A stretch of DNA of 64,000 bases, taken from Mayamaea pseudoterrestris (lineage: Eukaryota). The notes beneath the pieces were generated by a model. The model was given only the letters and a program-made list of their open reading frames with translations, was not told the DNA's origin and did no database searches. A program made the translations under genes and the position numbers. This document shows, in pieces, positions 1-14,700 of this stretch (its first letter is position 1; each line of letters begins with the position of its first letter). Location of the stretch: assembly GCA_027923505.1 (NCBI GenBank), contig BROI01000041.1:1-64000 (forward strand). Direction: 5' to 3'.

Positions 1-3000
1 TTTGGCTCGGTCCAGGTGTCCACGGCGCGGGGCCAGCGGAATCGGCCAAGTGTCATAACGGCACAATGAATGTCAAGTCGACATAGGGTCACTGCCCACT
101 GGAGGGCACCGATAAGAGACTGGTACTGTTGAATGCCACGGGCATCCAGCTCTTGGTAAGGTCAAGTTCGGGTGGTCCCCGTCGGCAGCGGTGACTTGCG
201 CTTGGGTTCTCGCCAAACATGGTTTCGTAAGTTCTTGAGCATGCGACCGACGTAGGTCTTTGCGCTCATGCAGAGGGTTCCATCGGGATCACGATAGAAG
301 TCGGCTCCAAGGTGATACTTGATGTCGCCGACGCCCTTCAACTTGTACTTGTACTTCTCTTTGAGGAGGTCCGTGAAGGCTTGTGGATCTTTCATGGCCA
401 TAGCCAGATCGTCGACGAACACGCCGACGTACTCGTAGTGAGTGCCACAGTCTTTCATCCAGACGTCAGGATCCGCTAGCTTGCAGAATCCAATGTCGCG
501 GAGTGTGTCGGCAAAGTGCTCATGCCAACGCGCGCCAGAAGTGCGCAACCGTATAGTGCCTTGAGATGACCAAGGTATGGCCTTCCAATGGTCCAAACTC
601 GGGACCGGCAACAATGTAGACCTTTTCCTTGGTCTTGGCCTCGAGGTAAGCGTTACCGACATCGGCAGCCCAAAACTTGAGGTCGTTCAGTTCAGCTAAC
701 AGTGCTATGGTTCGAATGCTTCGCATAGAGACAACGCCGGAGTAGGCGGAGTCCTTGGGCGGAGCGGTCAAATGTCCCCCGGCGACGAGTCGGGCCTTAC
801 GTCGTCGATCGTATTTGCAGCCAAAAACAAGATGCGCCTTCATGCGCTTCCACTCACTTTCCATGAAGGCACCGATGCCATTGACGATGAAAGTGTCGTA
901 CTCGTGTAGCTGCTCCATCTCAGTCTCGACGGCGTCAGCCTACAGGGTGTTTCCATTAGCAGCGTGAGGCGGTTCGCTTCCTTCCAGGTATTAGGAACTT
1001 GAACGCCAAACTTGAAACGCGCTTCTTGGACACGGTTCTTCTTTGCAGCCTTGCACATGCGGTTAAACAGTTTAGTGCGTCCTGCCATGCGCCTCAAGCG
1101 CTTCCATCCATCCTTGTCCAGCATACCCTTGCGCTTGCCATATTCGGCAACGGTCACAGGGTCGGACTTGATAATCAATGCGAGTGGCTCCCAGGTCTTC
1201 TCGCCATTTGCCCATTAGATGAGCTAGTTGTAGGATGAGCCGCGATACATAGTGTTGGCTTGAGGCAATGGACCTTCATGTCTGTCAATGTAATCGAACT
1301 TACAGTACTGGTCGTCATCGTCATCGTCCCCCAGTCTTATAGCATCTTGCCGCCCGCAAAGGTTGGCTAGTTCATTGTAGGTAATAAGCTCATCAACGTC
1401 GCCATCACCAAGACTCAATCGAAACTTGATAATCTTGTGGTTGGCATCGTTGCAATCATTTAATTATTTGACAACCTTGTAACGTTGCGTTGAGCCATCT
1501 TCCTCATCAAGAAGGACAGTGCGTCCCATCAGTTCAGCCAGAGTAAAGGACGGCATGGGTCCGTCAGGATCCAGACCGGCTAACTTGGCAGCGCCTTCCA
1601 ACGTGAATGCGTCTTATCCACGGTTCCCCAGAATCAGGCGCTGCGGTGTGTAAGTGTGTTCAAACACCGGACCGACTAGGTCATACTCATCGTCAAACTC
1701 GTCGACAGTTTCGACTTGGACTCGTTCACGCGCGGGGCGCGTCGAAGACAGGTTCCGCGGAACAGTGGTCGTTCGGACTCGGGTTCAGGAGCGCCGGCTT
1801 CAGCCGCGAAGGTTACGTCCTTCGGAGAAGGGACGAACGCGGATCGGACGACAACCATTCCGTTCGATCGGATCGAACTTGGTAACGTGAGGATGTCACC
1901 CTTGTTCTCTGCAATGCCGACCCAGCTCCTGCTGCTTCCTTTGGTGTGAGGAAATGTCGGCGCTTCGTCGGCTCCAGCTTGTACAGGACTCGTTCCCAGA
2001 ACTTGAACTGCAGGAACGGGCGAAAATGTCGGGTACTCGGTTGAAGGCGGCTTCAGTAGGGGTCTTCCAGTTGAGGGACTCGGTCGCCAGATTGTTGAAT
2101 AAGGGCGATTAGCATAGCGCGCATAGGAGCCAGGCTCCAGCGGGTGCGCCCCGCACGGTTCATGATGTTCTGGACTGATGACTTGACTTCTTGGATGCGA
2201 CGCCGCAGGGTTCTGGTTCTGGTATCGGGCTCGCTCTGTTGGTCACGAATCGCGTAGAATCGCAACAAGGTTTCAACTTGCTTCCCGAGCTGCACTCGCG
2301 AAGTTATCGCTAATGAGCAAGTTGGGAGCGCCAATGTCTCGAATGAAGTCTTCAAGCGCCATGGGCATGTCACTCTTGGTTCTCAGTGGTATCCCTTCGT
2401 CAGCAAACTCTTCTTGCCGACAAACAATTGCATCATCTTGCATCCGCCATGGCCGCGGATTCCGTCAAGGCAGCTTCCTTGAAAACCAGGTATCTGTCGC
2501 GTATCGTCATGGAAACGAACCACATTGGCGGCACGGGGAATCGCGACTTAAAGTGTTGGCGAAATGGGGTGTGTCGATGCCGGAAAAGCTGTGTCGTATT
2601 CTTAATGGTGCGCTTGACTCGTTCAGTTGGCGGTAGCCAAGGTAGGGTCTAGGCGCTTGGTAGTCAGGTTCTTGTGGCATTATCGCGTCGTGCATTGGCT
2701 TGGCGCGTCGTATCAGCCTGATTGCGATCGACATACTGCACCACACGCTTCCACTGAATTCATGTTGTTCCGGTAGGTGGCGTCGCCGAGTCATCCATGC
2801 GGGCGTCGACGAAACCGTGGGTTTCTTCCAATTGTCGAGGCGATTAAACTCAAGTTCTTCTTCGTTCCATTCATTATCCAAACTCCACGGATCCCAAAGG
2901 GTGTCCGCAGAGAAAATGACCGTCGGATACATTTCAACTCTGCGTCCGTCGGGTGGATGCATATCCATACGAGGCAAGCCGTCACGGATCGCCAAGGGAA

Positions 3001-5000
3001 TGGTCTTGCCACAACTGGTGACAATGGCTTGTGCTCCATTCTGGGAGCGAGCGACGTCGTCGATCAGATGGCCGAACGAACGAAGCTGCGATGGAGCATG
3101 AATGGATTCAGCGCCGTCGTACAAAGCATACTGGTTGAACTGACCGATAATGGGTCCAGTCCGAGTCTCAATCAATGCGACGCCAGTTCCGACTTGGAGG
3201 TCGCGAACCGTGTGGTCGCTCAAACCTGTCACGTTACACGTGTGGTTGGTAGTACTCAAGATTCTCATATCGCTTCCAGCGAGTCCACCGTTCGCACCGC
3301 CGTCAATCAGCGATCCTTGGCGGGTCTCGTTGCTCCGAGCTCGATTCACAGTGTAGCGCACCGATACCATTGCGCGGTACTGACGGCCGTCGCTCCCCAT
3401 AAACTCTTGCTGAGTGTTATTCGCAGCTTGAGTGCGAGACGACGCGGCGTTCGCAAGGAAAGATCTAATCATGTCATCCGGTGCACCTTGAGTGGCTGTC
3501 GTCGGAGCGATCGAGACAGCGTCATTCTGATACAAGATGGTACCAGGCACCGAGGTAGCCGCTTGTGACTGCTGGTTATTCGCGCGGTTGCCATTGTTCG
3601 CACGTCTTGTAGTGGCGGGTTTTGGGACGGCTTCGCGTCGAGCCATGAGCTGTGCGTATTCGTCCTCGTTAAGTCGGCCGAGTCGTTCATACGACATGTA
3701 CGACCAGGGGTTCTGCAACAACTGTTCAAAATTCAGATAATTGCCAGGGAATTGTTCCCGATGCGCTTGCGTACCGGCTGCTGGTAGTGGCGCGGAAGAG
3801 CTCGTCCTCCGGAACCGCGGCCCGATTGGGTGCCATGTCCACCGTCTCGTCCACCGCCGCGTCCGCCTTGGCCGCCGCGTCCTCCGCCGCGACCGGAACC
3901 GCGTCCATTACCACGTCCTTGCCCGGAAGTGTTCGCGTTGTTTGCTTGGCGGTCGGCGTTCTTCTTGCCCTTGTTCAGCTTGGCGTTCTTGTTGTCGACG
4001 CGCAGAGCCTGCTGCGACAACATGTCAAAAAGATAGTCGTAATCTTCCGTTAAGACGGCATCTGGGTCACCGTTTGCGTTGATGATGCGTCGTCATTCAA
4101 ATGTCAAGTGCTGGTCGAATGTCGTGCACGTGGGGCCCGAATGCTTCGTCGCCCTCCACTGCAGCTCGGAGCCAGTAGTACTTCTTCTTGTCATCCGACC
4201 TCCGGCGGCATTCGAATTCTTCATGAGCTGGTCGAGAAGTTGTCCCTCGCTCGTCCGTTCGCAGCTAGGCCGAATCGTCGCAGCCTGAATGTTGGCACCA
4301 TTCTGTGTATGGGCACCACACTTGTTGCGGCTTTGAACCATCGCGGGCGGACTGGTGACAGACCAGCCACTTGCGCGCACCATGGTGACCACTGGGATTT
4401 TGCACCAGAGGCTTGCTGTCGTTTAATTCCTTCTTCCGTGACTGGTACGTACTTGCTGTCGAGCACGTTAGAACAGCCACCTGCGCGATTGCCTTGGTAG
4501 ACGCGCTCAACTCAACCACGTGGGGATGTTGGAACGTTTTGTAGTCCTTGTAGTCTCGTTTCGTCAGATTCGAGAAACGACCCTTGGCATCTTCTTCTTC
4601 GGCCTTCTCAGCCTTGATGGTCTCATTTTCGAGTTGCTTGCAAGTAAGCTCGGCTTGCTTCTTCTTGGACTCGAGTACGAGTATCCTTCTTCACGCTCGC
4701 GCGATTTCTTGTTCCGCGAGAACCGCTTGGTATCGTCTCGAGCTTGCCTAAATCAGCAACGCCCACTTCTTGGTGTTCGGGGTCCGTCGTGCATGGTAAA
4801 CCATTCGCATGCATCGAGGACAAGGTTCACGAGACTGGTGCTAGTGTCGTTTCGTATCGTTCTGGCGGCGGCTGCTTGTTCTCGGCCGGTTCCTCGGCGC
4901 TCGTCGCCAGCGACGATCGTTGGGGCCTTCAGGTTGTCCAACGCCAGCTTGGATGGCGGCTCTGTCGACCCAGTAGGGGGCTTTCACCGGTCAATCTCAA
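1..5000 (-). pseudogene. gag-pol polyprotein of copia family 1, broken by many frameshifts (5' boundary approximate)
   Basis: Fragments in several frames are homologous by eye to the intact 56152-62013 polyprotein (e.g. FKFGVQVP, KYKYKLKGVG, RDPDGTL). Some of the frameshifts may be sequencing errors. Confidence 0.8.
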
Positions 5001-5082
5001 CATCTGGGTAGTGGGGTGGACTCTCAAAACAAGAAGCTGCTGTCGTTCAAACGTTCGGGTGCAGAGAGAAGCTGCAAAGCTT

Positions 5083-5096
5083 CCGTAGTGCAACCA
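5083..5096 (-). promoter_or_regulatory. candidate primer-binding site of copia family 1
   Basis: The minus strand reads ...TATCA|TGGTTGCACTACGG, i.e. TGG directly after a CA end as expected for a tRNA-primed PBS. The cognate tRNA was not identified. Confidence 0.35.
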
Positions 5097-5704
5097 TGAT
5101 AGTGATACTCCGCCTGCAAGATGTCCTTCTGTCGCCTACAGGGCTCCTGAGTTTGAATGTCGCGGCATCTGGGCTGAGACGGTGACAAGTTGTAAAATAC
5201 AGACCATCCCCTGGACGCCAGCCAAACCTCCATCTTGTAGCGCAGCTGAATAATGTTGGCACCATTCTGGTATTTTGGGCACCTACAGGGCTTGCTGAGG
5301 CGTTTGAAGTCACGGCATCTGCGGGCTGAGACTGGTGACAAGTGTACCAAATACATTGCCATCCCCTGATACACCAGCCAAGCCAACCATCTTGTAGCGC
5401 AGCCTGAATAAGATGTTGGCACCATTCTGGTGTAGTTTGGGCACCTACAGGCTTGCTGTAGGGGCGTTTGAATGTCACGCAACTCGGCTGAGACTGGTGA
5501 CGTTGTCACAAATACATTGCCATCCCTTGAGACACTCCTCACTGGCACAGTCACGCCTCGATCGTCAGCGATTTCACTCATGTATGTGAGGATTCGGTCA
5601 CAAGTGTGACTCAACCCTGCACAGGATTAAATGCATACAAAACACAGGTAGCTAACCGTCTTGTCATGAGACGCAGGTCAACTCAACTCAATAATATTGT
5701 GTCA
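5097..5704 (-). repeat. candidate 5' LTR of copia family 1 (interior ~5110-5530 overwritten by SatA-like sequence)
   Basis: Minus-strand ends are TGACA...TATCA (imperfect terminal inverted repeat) followed by TGG. The partner LTR lies outside the window, so this cannot be confirmed. Confidence 0.45.
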
Positions 5705-8700
5705 TTAGGCACCTACATGGCTTGCTGTAGGGGCGTTTGAATGTCACGGCATCTGCGGGTTGAGACTGGTGACAAGTTGTCACCAAATACATTGCCATCC
5801 CCTGAGACACCAGCCAAGCCTACCATCTTGTAGCGCAGCTTGAATAATGATGTTGGCACCATTCTGGTGTATTTTGGGCACCTACAGGGCTTGCTGTAGG
5901 GGCGTTTGAATGTCACGGCATCTGCGGGCTGAGACTGGTGACAAGTTGTCACCAAATACATTGCCATCCCCTGAGACACCAGCCAAGCCTACCATCTTGT
6001 AGCACAGCCTGAATAATGATGTTGGCACCATTCTGGTGTATTTTGGGCACCTACAGGGCTTGCTGTAGGGGCGTTTGAATGTCACGGCATCTGCGGGCTG
6101 AGACTGGTGACAAGTTGTCACCAAATACATTGCCATCCCCTGAGACACCAGCCAAGCCTACCATCTTGTAGCGCAGCTTGAATATTGAAGTTGGCACCAT
6201 TCTGGTGTATTTTGGGCACCTACAGGGCTTGCTGTAGGGGCGTTTGAATGTCACGGCATCTGTGGGCTGAGACTGGTGACAAGTTGTCACCAAATACATT
6301 GCCATCCCCTGAGACACCAGCCAAGCCTACCATCTTGTAGCGCAGCCTGAATAATGATGTTGGCACCATTCTGGTGTATTTTGGGCACCTACAGGGCTTG
6401 CTGTAGGGGCATTTGAATGTCATGGCATCTGTGCGGCTGAGACTGGTGACAAGTTGTCACCAAATACATTGCCATCCCCTGAGACACCAGCCAAGCCTAC
6501 CATCTTGTAGCGCAGCCTGAATAATGATGTTGGCACCATTCTGGTGTATTTTGGGCACCTACAGGGCTTGCTGTAGGGGCGTTTGAATGTCACGGCATCT
6601 GTGCAGCTGAGACTGGTGACAAGTTGTCACCAAATACATTGCCATCCCCTGAGACACCAGCCAAGCCTACCATCTTGTAGCGCAGCCTGAATAATGATGT
6701 TGGCACCATTCTGGTGTATTTTGGGCACCTACAGGGCTTGCTGTAGGGGCGTTTGAATGTCACAGCATCTGCGGGCTGAGACTGGTGACAAGTTGTCACC
6801 AAATACATTGCCATCCCCTGAGACACCAGCCAAGCCTACCATCTTGTAGCGCAGCCTGAATAATGATGTTGGCACCACCATTCTGAAACATTTTGGGCAC
6901 CTACAGGGCTTGCTGTAGGGGCGTTTGAATGTCACGGCATCTGCGGGCTGAGACTGGTGACAAGTTGTCACCAAATACATTGCCATCCCCTGAGACACCA
7001 GCCAAGCCTACCATCTTGTAGCGCAGCCTGAATAATGATGTTGGCACCATTCTGGTGTATTTTGGGCACCTACAGGGCTTGCTGTAGGGGCGTTTGAATG
7101 TCACAGCATCTGCGGGCTGAGACTGGTGACAAGTTGTCACCAAATACATTGCCATCCCCTGAGACACCAGCCAAGCCTACCATCTTGTAGCGCAGCCTGA
7201 ATAATGATGTTGGCACCATTCTGGTGTATTTTGGGCACCTACAGGGCTTGCTGTAGGGGCATTTGAATTTCACGGCATCTGCGGGCTGAGACTGGTGACA
7301 AGTTGTCACCAAATACATTGCCATCCCCTGAGACACCAGCCAAGCCTACCATCTTGTAGCGCAGCTTGAATAATGATGTTGGCACCATTCTGGTGTATTT
7401 TGGGCACCTACAGGGCTTGCTGTAGGGGCGTTTGAATGTCACAGCATCTGCGGGCTGAGACTGGTGACAAGTTGTCACCAAATACATTGCCATCCCCTGA
7501 GACACCAGCCAAGCCTACCATCTTGTAGCACAGCCTGAATAATGATGTTGGCACCATTCTGGTGTATTTTGGGCACCTACAGGGCTTGCTGTAGGGGCGT
7601 TTGAATGTCACGGCATCTGCGGGCTGAGACTGGTGACAAGTTGTCACCAAATACATTGCCATCCCCTGAGACACCAGCCAAGCCTACCATCTTGTAGCGC
7701 AGCCTGAATAATGATGTTGGCACCATTCTGGTGTATTTTGGGCACCTACAGGGCTTGCTGTAGGGGCGTTTGAATGTCACGGCATCTGCGGGCTGAGACT
7801 GGTGACAAGTTGTCACCAAATACATTGCCATCCCCTGAGACACCAGCCAAGCCTACCATCTTGTAGCGCAGCCTGAATAATGATGTTGGCACCATTCTGG
7901 TGTATTTTGGGCACCTACAGGGCTTGCTGTAGGGGCATTTGAATGTCATGGCATCTGTGCAGCTGAGACTGGTGACAAGTTGTCACCAAATACATTGCCA
8001 TCCCCTGAGACACCAGCCAAGCCTACCATCTTGTAGCGCAGCTTGAATAATGATGTTGGCACCATTCTGGTGTATTTTGGGCACCTACAGGGCTTGCTGT
8101 AGGGGCGTTTGAATGTCACGGCATCTGCGGGCTGAGACTGGTGACAAGTTGTCACCAAATACATTGCCATCCCCTGAGACACCAGCCAAGCCTACCATCT
8201 TGTAGCGCAGCCTGAATAATGATGTTGGCACCATTCTGGTGTATTTTGGGCACCTACAGGGCTTGCTGTAGGGGCGTTTGAATGTCACGGCATCTGTGGG
8301 CTGAGACTGGTGACAAGTTGTCACCAAATACATTGCCATCCCCTGAGACACCAGCCAAGCCTACCATCTTGTAGCGCAGCCTGAATAATGATGTTGGCAC
8401 CATTCTGGTGTATTTTGGGCACCTACAGGGCTTGCTGTAGGGGCGTTTGAATGTCACGGCATCTGCGGGCTGAGACTGGTGACAAGTTGTCACCAAATAC
8501 ATTGCCATCCCCTGAGACACCAGCCAAGCCTACCATCTTGTAGCGCAGCTTGAATAATGATGTTGGCACCATTCTGGTGTATTTTGGGCACCTACAGGGC
8601 TTGCTGTAGGGGCGTTTGAATGTCACGGCATCTGCGGGCTGAGACTGGTGACAAGTTGTCACCAAATACATTGCCATCCCCTGAGACACCAGCCAAGCCT

Positions 8701-11700
8701 ACCATCTTGTAGCGCAGCCTGAATAATGATGTTGGCACCATTCTGGTGTATTTTGGGCACCTACAGGGCTTGCTGTAGGGGCGTTTGAATGTCACGGCAT
8801 CTGCGGGCTGAGACTGGTGACAAGTTGTCACCAAATACATTGCCATCCCCTGAGACACCAGCCAAGCCTACCATCTTGTAGCGCAGCCTGAATAATGATG
8901 TTGGCACCATTCTGGTGTATTTTGGGCACCTACAGGGCTTGCTGTAGGGGCGTTTGAATGTCACAGCATCTGCGGGCTGAGACTGGTGACAAGTTGTCAC
9001 CAAATACATTGCCATCCCCTGAGACACCAGCCAAGCCTACCATCATGTAGCGCAGGCTGAATAATGATGTTGGCACCATTCTGGTGTATTTTGGGCACCT
9101 ACAGGGCTTGCTGTAGGGGCGTTTGAATGTCACGGCATCTGCGGGCTGAGACTGGTGACAAGTTGTCACCAAATACATTGCCATCCCCTGAGACACCAGC
9201 CAAGCCAACCATCTTGTAGCGCAGCCTGAATAATGATGTTGGCACCATTCTGGTGTATTTTGGGCACCTACAGGGCTTGCTGTAGGGGCGTTTGAATGTC
9301 ACGGCATCTGCGGGCTGAGACTGGTGACAAGTTGTCACCAAATACATTGCCATCCCCTGAGACACCAGCCAAGCCTACCATCTTGTAGCGCAGCCTGAAT
9401 AATGATGTTGGCACCATTCTGGTGTATTTTGGGCACCTACAGGGCTTGCTGTAGGGGCGTTTGAATGTCACGGCATCTGAGGGCTGAGACTGGTGACAAG
9501 TTGTCACCAAATACATTGCCATCCCCTGAGACACCAGCCAAGCCTACCATCTTGTAGCGCAGCCTGAATAATGATGTTGGCACCATTCTGGTGTATTTTG
9601 GGCACCTACAGGGCTTGCTGTAGGGGCGTTTGAATGTCACAGCATCTGCGGGCTGAGACTGGTGACAAGTTGTCACCAAATACATTGCCATCCCCTGAGA
9701 CACCAGCCAAGCCTACCATCTTGTAGCGCAGCCTGAATAATGATGTTGGCACCATTCTGGTGTATTTTGGGCACCTACAGGGCTTGCTGTAGGGGCGTTT
9801 GAATGTCACGGCATCTGCTGGCTGAGACTGGTGACAAGTTGTCACCAAATACATTGCCATCCCCTGAGACACCAGCCAAGCCTACCATCTTGTAGCGCAG
9901 CCTGAATAATGATGTTGGCACCATTCTGGTGTATTTGGGCACCTACAGGGCTTGCTGTAGGGGCGTTTGAATGTCACGGCATCTGCGGGCTGAGACTGGT
10001 GACAAGTTGTCACCAAATACATTGCCATCCCCTGAGACACCAGCCAAGCCTACCATCTTGTAGCGCAGCCTGAATAATGATGTTGGCACCATTCTGGTGT
10101 ATTTTGGGCACCTACAGGGCTTGCTGTAGGGGCGTTTGAATGTCACGGCATCTGCGGGCTGAGACTGGTGACAAGTTGTCACCAAATACATTGCCATCCC
10201 CTGAGACACCAGCCAAGCCTACCATCTTGTAGCGCAGCCTGAATAATGATGTTGGCACCATTCTGGTGTATTTTGGGCACCTACAGGGCTTGCTGTAGGG
10301 GCGTTTGAATGTCACAGCATCTGCGGGCTGAGACTGGTGACAAGTTGTCACCAAATACATTGCCATCCCCTGAGACACCAGCCAAGCCTACCATCATGTA
10401 GCGCAGGCTGAATAATGATGTTGGCACCATTCTGGTGTAATTTGGGCACCTACAGGGCTTGCTGTAGGGGCGTTTGAATGTCATGGCATCTGCAGGCTGG
10501 GACTGGTGACAAGTTGTCACCAAATACATTGCCATCCCCTGAGACACCAGCCAAGCCTACCATCTTGTAGCGCAGCCTGAATAATGATGTTGGCACCATT
10601 CTGGTGTAATTTGGGCACCTACAGGGCTTGCTGTAGGGGCGTTTGAATGTCACGGCATCTGCGGGCTGAGACTGGTGACATGTTGTCACCAAATACATTG
10701 CCATCCCCTGAGACACCAGCCAAGCCTACCATCTTGTAGCGCAGCCGGAATAATGATGTTGGCACCATTCTGGTGTAATTTGGGCACCTACAGGGCTTGC
10801 TGTAGGGGCGTTTGAATGTCACGGCATCTGTGGGCTGAGACTGGTGACAAGTTGTCACCAAATACATTGCCATCCCCTGAGACACCAGCCAAGCCTACCA
10901 TCTTGTAGCGCAGCCTGAATAATGATGTTGGCACCATTCTGGTGTATTTTGGGCACCTACAGGGCTTGCTGTAGGGGCGTTTGCATGTCACTGCATCTGC
11001 GGCTGAGACTGGTGACAAGTTGTCACCAAAATGCCCTGAGTCTCCAGCCAAGCCTACCATCTTGTAGCACAGCATGAATATTGATGTTGGCACCATTCTG
11101 GTGTAATTTGGGCACCTACAGGACTTGCTGTAGGGGCGTTTGAATGTCACGGCATCTGCGGGCTGAGACTGGTGACAAGTTGTCACCAAATACATTGCCA
11201 TCCCCTGAGACACCAGCCAAGCCTACCAACTTGTAGCGCAGCCTGAATAATGATGTTGGCACCATTCTGGTGTAATTTGGGCACCTACAGGGCTTGCTGT
11301 AGGGGCGTTTGAATGTCACGGCATCTGCGGGCTGAGACTGGTGACAAGTTGTCACCAAATACATTGCCATCCCCTGAGACACCAGCCAAGCCTACCATCT
11401 TGTAGCGCAGCCTGAATAATGATGTTGGCACCATTCTGGTGTAATTTGGGCACCTACAGGGCTTGCTGTAGGGGCGTTTGAATGTCACGGCATCTGCGGG
11501 CTGAGACTGGTGACAAGTTGTCACCAAATACATTGCCATCCCCTGAGACACCAGCCAAGCCTACCATCTTGTAGCGCAGCCTGAATAATGATGTTGGCAC
11601 CATTCTGGTGTATTTTGGGCACCTACAGGGCTTGCTGTAGGGGCGTTTGAATGTCACGGCATCTGCGGGCTGAGACTGGTGACAAGTTGTCACCAAATAC

Positions 11701-14700
11701 ATTGCCATCCCCTGAGACACCAGCCAAGCCTACCATCTTGTAGCGCAGCCTGAATAATGATGTTGGCACCATTCTGGTGTAATTTGGGCACCTACAGGGC
11801 TTGCTGTAGGGGCGTTTGAATGTCACGGCATCTGCGGGCTGAGACTGGTGACAAGTTGTCACCAAATACATTGCCATCCCCTGAGACACCAGCCAAGCCT
11901 ACCATCTTGTAGCGCAGCCTGAATAATGATGTTGGCACCATTCTGGTGTAATTTGGGCACCTACAGGGCTTGCTGTAGGGGCGTTTGAATGTCACGGCAT
12001 CAGAGGGCTGAGACTGGTGACAAGTTGTCACCAAATACATTGCCATCCCCTGAGACACCAGCCAAGCCTACCATCTTGTAGCGCATCCTGAATAATGATG
12101 TTGGCACCATTCTGGTGTAATTTGGGCACCTACAGGGCTTGCTGTAGGGGCGTTTGAATGTCACGGCATCTGCGGGCTGAGACTGGTGACAAGTTGTCAC
12201 CAAATACATTGCCATCCCCTGAGACACCAGCCAAGCCTACCATCTTGTAGCGCAGCCTGAATAATGATGTTGGCACCATTCTGGTGTAATTTGGGCACCT
12301 ACAGGGCTTGCTGTAGGGGCGTTTGAATGTCACGGCATCTGCGGGCTGAGACTGGTGACAAGTTGTCACCAAATACATTGCCATCCCCTGAGACACCAGC
12401 CAAGCCTACCATCTTGTAGCGCAGCCTGAATAATGATGTTGGCACCATTCTGGTGTATTTTGGGCACCTACAGGGCTTGCTGTAGGGGCGTTTGAATGTC
12501 ACAGCATCTGTGGGCTGAGACTGGTGACAAGTTGTCACCAAATACATTGCCATCCCCTGAGACACCAGCCAAGCCTACCATCTTGTAGCGCAGCCTGAAT
12601 AATGATGTTGGCACCATTCTGGTGTAATTTGGGCACCTACAGGGCTTGCTGTAGGGGCGTTTGAATGTCACGGCATCTGCGGGCTGAGACTGGTGACAAG
12701 TTGTCAACAAATACATTGCCATCCCCTGAGACACCAGCCAAGCCTACCATCTTGTAGCGCAGCCTGAATAATGATGTTGGCACCATTCTGGTGTAATTTG
12801 GGTATCTACAGGGCTTGCTGTAGGGGCGTTTGAATGTCACGGCATCTGCGGGCTGAGACTGGTGACAAGTTGTCACCAAATACATTGCCATCCCCTGAGA
12901 CACCAGCCAAGCCTACCATCATGTAGCGCAGCCGGAATAATGATGTTGGCACCATTCTGGTGTATTTTGGGCACCTACAGGGCTTGCTGTAGGGGCGTTT
13001 GAATGTCATGGCATCTGCGGGCTGAGACTGGTGACAAGTTGTCACCAAATACATTGCCATCCCCTGAGACACCAGCCAAGCCTACCATCTTGTAGCGCAG
13101 CCTGAATAATGATGTTGGCACCATTCTGGTGAATTTTGGGCACCTACAGGGCTTGCTGTAGGGGCGTTTGAATGTCACGGCATCTGCGGGCTGAGACTGG
13201 TGACAAGTTGTCACCAAATACATTGCCATCCCCTGAGACACCAGCCAAGCCTACCATCTTGTAGCGCAGCCTGAATAATGATGTTGGCACCATTCTGGTG
13301 TAATTTGGGCACCTACAGGGCTTGCTGTAGGGGCGTTTGAATGTCACGGCATCTGGGGGCTGAGACTGGTGACAAGTTGTCACCAAATACATTGCCATCC
13401 CCTGAGACACCAGCCAAGCCTACCATCATGTAGCGCAGCCTGAATAATGATGTTGGCACCATTCTGGTGTATTTTTGGGCACCTACAGGGCTTGCTGTAG
13501 GGCGTTTGAATGTCACGGCATCTGCGGGCTGAGACTGGTGACAAGTTGTCACCAAATACATTGCCATCCCCTGAGACACCAGCCAAGCCTACCATCTTGT
13601 AGCGCAGCCTGAATAATGATGTTGGCACCATTCTGGTGTAATTTGGGCACCTACAGGGCTTGCTGTAGGGGCGTTTGAATGTCACGGCATCTGCGGGCTG
13701 AGACTGGTGACAAGCTGTCACCAAATACATTGCCATCCCCTGAGACACCAGCCAAGCCTACCATCTTGTAGCACAGCCTGAATAATGATGTTGGCACCAT
13801 TCTGGTGTAATTTGGGCACCTACAGGGCTTGCTGTAGGGGCGTTTGAATGTCATGGTATCTGCAGGCTACGACTGGTGACAAGTTGTCACCAAATATATT
13901 GCCATCCCCTGAGATACCAGCCAAGCCTACCATTTTGTAGCGCAGCCTGACAGTGAATAAATGATGTTGGCACCATTCTGGTGTAATTTGGGCACCTACA
14001 GGGCTTGCTGTAGGTGTGTTTGAATGTCATGGCATCTGCGGGCTGAGACTGGTGACAAGTTGTCACCAAATACATTGCCATCCCCTGAGACACCAGCCAA
14101 GCCTACCATCTTGTAGCGCAGCTTGCATTATGATGTTGGCACCATTCTGGTGTATTTTGGGCTCCTGCAGGGCTCGCTGTAGGGGGTTTGAATGTCACGG
14201 CATCTGCGGGTTGAGACTGGTGACAAGTTGTCACCAAATACATTGCCATCCCCTGAGACACCAGCCAAGCCTACCATATTGTAGCGCAGCCTGAATAATG
14301 ATGTTGGCACCATTCTGGTGTATTTTGGGCACCTACAGGGCTTGCTGTAGGGGCGTTTGAATGTCACGGCATCTGTGGGATGAGACTGGTGACAAGTTGT
14401 CACCAAATACATTGCCATCCCCTGAGACACCCCAAGCCTACATGTGTAGCGCAGGCTGAACAATGATGTTGGCACCATTCTGGTGTAATTTGGGCATCAC
14501 TTACAGGGCTTGCTGTAGGGCATTTGAATGTCACGGCATCTGCGGGCTGAGACTGGTGACAAGTTGTCACCAAATACATTGCCATCCCCTGAGACACCAG
14601 CCAAGCCTACCATCTTGTAGCGCAGCCTGAATAATGATGTTGGCACCATTCTGGTGTAATTTGGGCACCTACAGGACTTGCTGTAGGGGCGTTGGAAGGT

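Larger units (their letters stand above)
1..5704 (-). mobile_element. Ty1/copia LTR retrotransposon, family 1 (CoDi-like), frameshifted, 3' part runs off the left edge
   Basis: Minus-strand ORF fragments occur in copia order: RGG-rich gag (3733-4023), protease LIDGGANGG (2507-3721), integrase fragments (~2050-2500), chromo-like W-ANGEKTWEP (~1120-1310), and RT motifs KARLVAGGH, DVGNAYLEA, VFVDDL, YHLGADFYRD (162-918). Non-satellite sequence ends at 5704, reading TGACAC on the minus strand. Confidence 0.88.

Noticed and set aside
2700..5088. Plus-strand ORFs opposite copia family 1, and similar antisense ORFs over the other TEs
   Set aside because: These are shadow frames of GC-rich coding sequence with no motifs.
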